Positions 59,164 to 64,000 of a stretch of 64,000 nt of DNA are shown here, piece after piece. Numbering within the stretch: the first letter of the stretch is position 1; each line of letters starts with the position of its first letter. Below the pieces are notes generated by a model. The model did not search any database, had not been told where the DNA came from, and worked only from the letters and a program-made list of their open reading frames with translations. Both the position numbers and the translations under genes were made by a program. Source of the stretch: Chloroflexota bacterium (GTDB taxonomy: Bacteria > Chloroflexota > UBA11872 > VXOZ01); the NCBI GenBank assembly GCA_964291655.2, contig OZ219802.1, positions 2,272,001 through 2,336,000 of the forward strand, given 5' to 3'.

Positions 59164-59760
59164 CTACCCCACAAACCCCTGTAGGAAGGGATTGCCGGCA
59201 CGCTCTGCGCCGACGGTTGTGGGGTCGCCGTGGCCGGGGAGTACGCGGGTCGCGTCCGGCAGCGGCAGGATCTTTTCTGCAATGACCTTTAGCAGCAGTT
59301 CACCGTCGCTATCCTCGAAGTCGCTCCTGCCTACCGAGCCGGCAAACAGCGTATCGCCCGCAAATAGGTGGTCCTCCACCAGGAAGCACATCCCGCCTGC
59401 GGAATGGCCGGGCGTGTGCAGTGTCCGGATGGTAAGGCCGCCCAACGCCAATTCCTCGCCGCCCTGCAGCAGCACGTCAGGTTCAATCCCTAGCTGGTCT
59501 TTGAGCAGGGCCGCGTCGGCCTGGTGCAATACGATGGGCGCGCCGGTCTGCTCACGGTAGAATTCATCGCTATCGACGTGGTCGAAGTGGCGATGAGTGT
59601 TGAGAACATAGCGCAGGTTTAGTTGCAGGTCCTGGATGTTCTGTAGCAGATCGTCGCTCTGGATGCCGGGATTGATGATTGCCGCTTCGTTGCTGTGCTC
59701 GTCCCAGAGGAGGTAGACGTTGTTTAGCAGCGGACCCCGGACGAAAGTCTCCACCCTCAT
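59164..59760 (-). CDS. MBL-fold metallohydrolase (glyoxalase II/YcbL-like)
   Basis: NTHRHFDH, TPGHSAG, GDTLFAGSVGRSD, PGHG. Confidence 0.92.
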   Translation of the reverse strand: MRVETFVRGPLLNNVYLLWDEHSNEAAIINPGIQSDDLLQNIQDLQLNLRYVLNTHRHFDHVDSDEFYREQTGAPIVLHQADAALLKDQLGIEPDVLLQGGEELALGGLTIRTLHTPGHSAGGMCFLVEDHLFAGDTLFAGSVGRSDFEDSDGELLLKVIAEKILPLPDATRVLPGHGDPTTVGAERAGNPFLQGFVG

Positions 59761-61043
59761 TGGGCGGCCTCATTCTTGCCGGAGTCGGCTCTGCCGGGGG
59801 TCTCGGTAGGGGAATCTGCATCGGCATCCACCGACGTTTCAGCAGCCACTGGATCCACCGCGGACGCCTGCTCACTATCGTCGTTCTGGACCGCTAGCTT
59901 GGCCTCATCAACCGCTGCCGCGTCCGGAGCGTCTGTAGCAGCGGGCTCCGGGGAATCCGCATCCTCTGCAGTGGTGCGAAATGCCTGTGCCAAAGTGCTG
60001 AATTCCGATCCTGCAGAGACAGGGTCGACTGCGCTCGCCGCCGCAGCCTGCGGCTCGACGGTCTGCGTAGCGTCTTCGGTAGCAACCACAGCATCCCCGT
60101 TGACCGTGGCGGTGGGTTCTTCTTCCGGCGCCTCTTCAGTGGGCTCCGGCTTGGGCGGTGGCGGTGGTTTGGCAAACACCAACTCGCACCAGGGATCGCC
60201 TGCCGTCAGGTGCGACTCCCACTTCACCTCAGCCGTGCGTTCCTCCAGATATGCCAGGTCATACGCGCCGCACGACCGGCACAGTTCCACGTCATCAGAT
60301 TCAGTAAAGCTAAAGGGACATTGGCGCATGCGCACGCGATAGTCTCTGCCGGTCTCAATAATCTGCAAGCTGCCCTCCGGCAGCGAGTTGCGGTGCATGT
60401 CCGCCCACGTGCGCACCAGCGCCGCAACGTCCTGTTCCTTTTCTGCGTTCCTTTCGGCGGCGCGCGTGCCGAGATCACGGTAGATCGCTGCCTGTTCCAC
60501 CAGCCAGTCTTCGCCAAGCCGCGCCTTAAGGCTGCGCATCAATCCCGCAAAGAGGTCTTGCTGCAGCGGCGAACCGCCGCCGGACTGGCTTCCCTGGGGC
60601 GTCCAGGCAGCGCCGCGTTCGCTCAGGTTGGGGCGTGAGGAGGTCTCGGTGGGAACAGCCGCTGGCGGCGCATTGGCTTCGGCGCCGACCTGGTCCGGTC
60701 GCGTCGCGGCAGCCTCCTTCGCCGTTTCATCGAGATCGCGCTTTATATCGGCACCGGCAGTCTTGACCTCACTCTCAACTTCCTTTACGTCTTTCTCCAC
60801 GTCCTCCGCGGTAGAGCGCACTTCACCTTGAATAGAGGAGATTTCACCACGGATGGCGTCAATGTCTTCCTGCACGTCGCCGAGCTGGTCCTTGAAAGTA
60901 GCGATTGCTTCGCCATAGCTCGAGCGCAGCATGCGGACAACCCCCGAAATTTGACGAATTACCCCCGGCAGGCGGTCCGGTCCCAGGAGGACCAGGCCCA
61001 GCAGGAGGATGATCATAAGTTCCGGCAGGCCGATGTCAAACAT
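59757..61043 (-). CDS. TatB/TatA-like protein fused to a Cys-rich domain and an acidic tail
   Basis: N-terminal MFDIGLPELMIILLLGLVLLGPDRLP; central CPF..LCRSC..HLTAGDPWC. Confidence 0.75.
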   Translation of the reverse strand: MFDIGLPELMIILLLGLVLLGPDRLPGVIRQISGVVRMLRSSYGEAIATFKDQLGDVQEDIDAIRGEISSIQGEVRSTAEDVEKDVKEVESEVKTAGADIKRDLDETAKEAAATRPDQVGAEANAPPAAVPTETSSRPNLSERGAAWTPQGSQSGGGSPLQQDLFAGLMRSLKARLGEDWLVEQAAIYRDLGTRAAERNAEKEQDVAALVRTWADMHRNSLPEGSLQIIETGRDYRVRMRQCPFSFTESDDVELCRSCGAYDLAYLEERTAEVKWESHLTAGDPWCELVFAKPPPPPKPEPTEEAPEEEPTATVNGDAVVATEDATQTVEPQAAAASAVDPVSAGSEFSTLAQAFRTTAEDADSPEPAATDAPDAAAVDEAKLAVQNDDSEQASAVDPVAAETSVDADADSPTETPGRADSGKNEAAQ

Positions 61044-61319
61044 ATTTGCTCATTTTCTGCGGCGATTGCTTGTGAATCTGCACAGGGCGCGCACTGCATA
61101 GCGCAGGCCGCGCACCGCTGCTTTGCTTTATTCTATCCCGCACAGCGTGCAGGAGCAAAAGCTGTGCGTAATCCGGCGGTGTGTTCCCTTCGACAGGCTC
61201 AGCACAGGCCTGCCGAAGTGCTCAGGACACGTTTGCTAGCTGCGCCTGGCAGAGGCTGTACGTGCAAACTGTCACACAGTATCATGTGCATTGAGTATAA
61301 AACCAAGGGAGCGTGAACG

Positions 61320-61610
61320 ATGGCAGTGCGACAGAGAATATGGCAACCTGAGTTGTCATGGCGCGTGTTTCGCAAGGAACTGCCCAATGATTGGTGCCTG
61401 CGCATCAACGAGCGGTACACGGTGCCGTTCGCGAACGGGTACGTCCTCCAGATCACACGCGCCGAGCATAACGACGATGGCTGGGAATGCGCGCTCGAAC
61501 GGCGCGGCCGCTTTGCAAAGCACGCCGACTTTCCCCACGGACCGCAGTTGATCATGGAAGAAGCCGCGGTGGACGCGCTGGTGGAGAAGGTGGCCGGCTA
61601 TCCCGGCTAG
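61320..61610 (+). CDS. hypothetical protein
   Basis: 96-aa ORF with a GGGAG RBS and typical codon usage. Confidence 0.6.
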   Translation: MAVRQRIWQPELSWRVFRKELPNDWCLRINERYTVPFANGYVLQITRAEHNDDGWECALERRGRFAKHADFPHGPQLIMEEAAVDALVEKVAGYPG

Positions 61611-61790
61611 TAAAGATAAGCTGCAGCGTGGCGCGGGGGGCTTGTCCCCCGCTTGAGAAGGCGTTGCCCGCAACGACACTTGGCAAGGCAATCTATTTCC
61701 CATCCTCATAGAATCGCCGTTTAACTCGAATGTATCCCAACGGTAGTACCTGCTCAGATACGACGTGTGTTGTGCCCAAAGGAGCCGTTC

Positions 61791-62852
61791 GTGCCGACCA
61801 TCACCGCTGACGCCCTGCGCCGCATCGGCCAAGCATTCTTCATCGCACTCGGCTGTCGTCCCGATGATGCGCAGATTGTGGCCGACCACCTGGTGCAATC
61901 GAGCCTCTACGGCCATGACTCCCATGGCATTTTGCGCATGTATGAGTATGCGCGCGCCGTGGACGAAGGGCGCGTCCAACCCCAGGGAACGCCCAAAATC
62001 GTGAGTGAACGCGCCTGCACGGCAGTGATTGACGCCAACGACGGGTTTGGGCAGGTCGGCGCGACTCTTGCCACAAAGTTGGCCATAGAGAAGGCGCGGC
62101 AGTACGGCCTGGCGAGTGTCGCACTGCGCAGAGCGAGCCACATCGGCAGAGCGGGAGCCTACCCCATCATGATTGCCCAGGCCGGCCTCATTGGCGTGGC
62201 CTACGTCAATTACGGTCGTTTAGGCATCCAAGTTGCGCCGTTCGGCGGCATAGACGGCCGTCTGGCGACGAATCCATTGGCTTTTGCCGCGCCGCGCCGT
62301 TCCCAGCCGCCCATCATGGTGGACATGACAACGAGCACGGTCGCCGACGGCAAGATTCGCCTGGCTACCAATCTCGGCAAGCCGCTGCCGGAAGGGTGGA
62401 TCATCGATGGAGAAGGCAATCCGAGCACCGATCCGCAGGACTATTGGGACGAACCGCGGGGCGCAATCTTGCCGCTGGGCGGTCCACTCGGCCACAAAGG
62501 CTATGCGCTGGCCATGATGATGGAACTTTGCGCCGGAGGCCTGAGCGGTCAGGGCATGGCCTCCGGGGACAGACGTTCGTCCGCAAACGCCTTCCTGCTT
62601 ACTGCCTACGACATCGGACACTTCACCGACATGGACTTCTTCTACGACGAGGTGGAAGCCCTGGTGAGCCACGTCACGTCGAGCCGCACCGCTCCCGGCG
62701 TCGCGGAGATTTTGATTCCCGGCGAACCCGAATTCCGCAGCGAGCGCGAGCGGGAACGAACGGGCATCCCCATCGACGACACTACCTGGGAAAGAGTCTG
62801 CGCCTCAGCGCGTGACATCGGCCTCGATCCAACCGCCTGGGAGCTTAAGTGA
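61791..62852 (+). CDS. Ldh_2 (malate/L-lactate/sulfolactate dehydrogenase) family oxidoreductase
   Basis: GHDSHG, SHIGR, TNPLAFAAP, DMTTS, GHKGYAL, IPGEPE; GTG start after AAGGAG. Confidence 0.92.
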   Translation: MPTITADALRRIGQAFFIALGCRPDDAQIVADHLVQSSLYGHDSHGILRMYEYARAVDEGRVQPQGTPKIVSERACTAVIDANDGFGQVGATLATKLAIEKARQYGLASVALRRASHIGRAGAYPIMIAQAGLIGVAYVNYGRLGIQVAPFGGIDGRLATNPLAFAAPRRSQPPIMVDMTTSTVADGKIRLATNLGKPLPEGWIIDGEGNPSTDPQDYWDEPRGAILPLGGPLGHKGYALAMMMELCAGGLSGQGMASGDRRSSANAFLLTAYDIGHFTDMDFFYDEVEALVSHVTSSRTAPGVAEILIPGEPEFRSERERERTGIPIDDTTWERVCASARDIGLDPTAWELK

Positions 62853-62870
62853 TGACATTAGGAGCCCTTT

Positions 62871-63953
62871 GTGCCAACCGTTTCTGCTGAGGCTCTGCGC
62901 CGCATTGGATACGACTTTTTCGCCGCCGTGGGTTGCCGTCCCGCTGACGGCCAGACTGTAACCGATCACCTGGTGCAGTCCAACCTCTTCGGCCATGATT
63001 CCCACGGCGTGGTGCACATGGAAAGGTATGGGCGCGCCGTCTGGGAGGAACAACGTGTTGACCCGCGAGCGGTACCGGAAATCGTGCGTGAATATCCCTG
63101 CACCGCGGTGGTGGATGCCAATGGTGGGTTCGGTCAGGTGGGTGCGACCTTCGCCACCAAACTCTTGATACAAAAGGCGCAACAGCACGGCGTGGCCAGT
63201 GTCTCACTGCGCAATACGAGCCACATTGGCAGGTTGAGCGCGTATCCACTCATGGTGGCGCAGGCCGGCATGATCGGCCTGGTCTTCGTCAATGCCGGTC
63301 GGATGGGCTTTCAGGTGGCGCCCTTTGGGGGCATTGACGGTCGCCTGGGCACGAATCCGCTGGCTTTTGCGGCGCCCCGGCGCGCCGAGGCACCGCTTTT
63401 TGTGGACATGAGCACCTCCACGGTCGCCGACGGCAAGATTTACATCGCCGCCAACCAGGGAAAGCCGGTGCCTGAGGGATGGTTTGTCGATGCGGAGGGC
63501 AACCCCAGCACGAACCCGCATGACTATTTCGATGAACCGCGCGGGGCTGTGCTTCCGCTGGGCGGTCCCCTGGGGCACAAGGGCTTTGCCCTCAGCTTGA
63601 TGATGGAGATTTGCGGGGGAGGACTAAGCGGTCAGGGCATGTCCCAAGGCGACATGCGCTTTAGTAGTAACGGCGTTCTCATTACGGCCTACGACATCGC
63701 GCAGTTCACCAATCTGGAGGAATTCTACGCTGAGGTGGAAGCACTGGTCAGCCACGTCAAGTCGAGCCGCACCGCGCCCGGCGTGGATGAGATTCTGGTA
63801 CCCGGCGAACCGGAATTCCGCACGGAGCGCGAACGCGGGCAGACGGGAATCCCCATCGACGACACCACCTGGGAAAAGCTCTGCGCCGCGGCCCGAGAAA
63901 TGGGCTTGGAACCAGACACTTGGGAACTCACCTCGCGTGACGCCGCAGACTGA
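62871..63953 (+). CDS. Ldh_2 family oxidoreductase, tandem paralog
   Basis: Same motifs; clearly homologous to the upstream gene along its full length. Confidence 0.92.
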   Translation: MPTVSAEALRRIGYDFFAAVGCRPADGQTVTDHLVQSNLFGHDSHGVVHMERYGRAVWEEQRVDPRAVPEIVREYPCTAVVDANGGFGQVGATFATKLLIQKAQQHGVASVSLRNTSHIGRLSAYPLMVAQAGMIGLVFVNAGRMGFQVAPFGGIDGRLGTNPLAFAAPRRAEAPLFVDMSTSTVADGKIYIAANQGKPVPEGWFVDAEGNPSTNPHDYFDEPRGAVLPLGGPLGHKGFALSLMMEICGGGLSGQGMSQGDMRFSSNGVLITAYDIAQFTNLEEFYAEVEALVSHVKSSRTAPGVDEILVPGEPEFRTERERGQTGIPIDDTTWEKLCAAAREMGLEPDTWELTSRDAAD

Positions 63954-64000
63954 ACGCGGCAACACTTCGGACGGCTGCAGCACTCCACGTGTGACAGTCT

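Overview
GC-rich bacterial chromosome segment. The gene content suggests Chloroflexota (inference from GlyQS-type GlyRS, long IleRS, orphan Tat-lipoprotein solute-binding proteins and PaREP1/Uma2/DUF1640-type accessory genes). Housekeeping genes include valS, argS, ileS, glyQS, recO, glmU, lepA, asd, dapB, pnp, miaB, glpK, tRNA-Glu and tRNA-Gln, interspersed with hydrolases and oxidoreductases. Intergenic DNA is crowded with several families of short palindromic repeats and nested MITE-like elements, and no transposase gene is evident in the window. The most notable signal is a candidate selenoprotein at 25120-25581 (+). It has a dual-specificity/protein-tyrosine-phosphatase fold with an in-frame TGA exactly at the catalytic Cys position (IH-U-GSGFGGAGT), a SECIS-like hairpin downstream, and no P-loop Arg. 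Other points of interest: MITE shells carrying an inverted or exchanged REP-doublet core, a tandem PaREP1 triplet, a TatB-like protein fused to a Cys-rich domain, a split TauE pair, a GlmU with a degenerate uridyltransferase domain, and terminator-containing leaders upstream of valS and argS. All calls come from reading the sequence by eye; no database searches were run.
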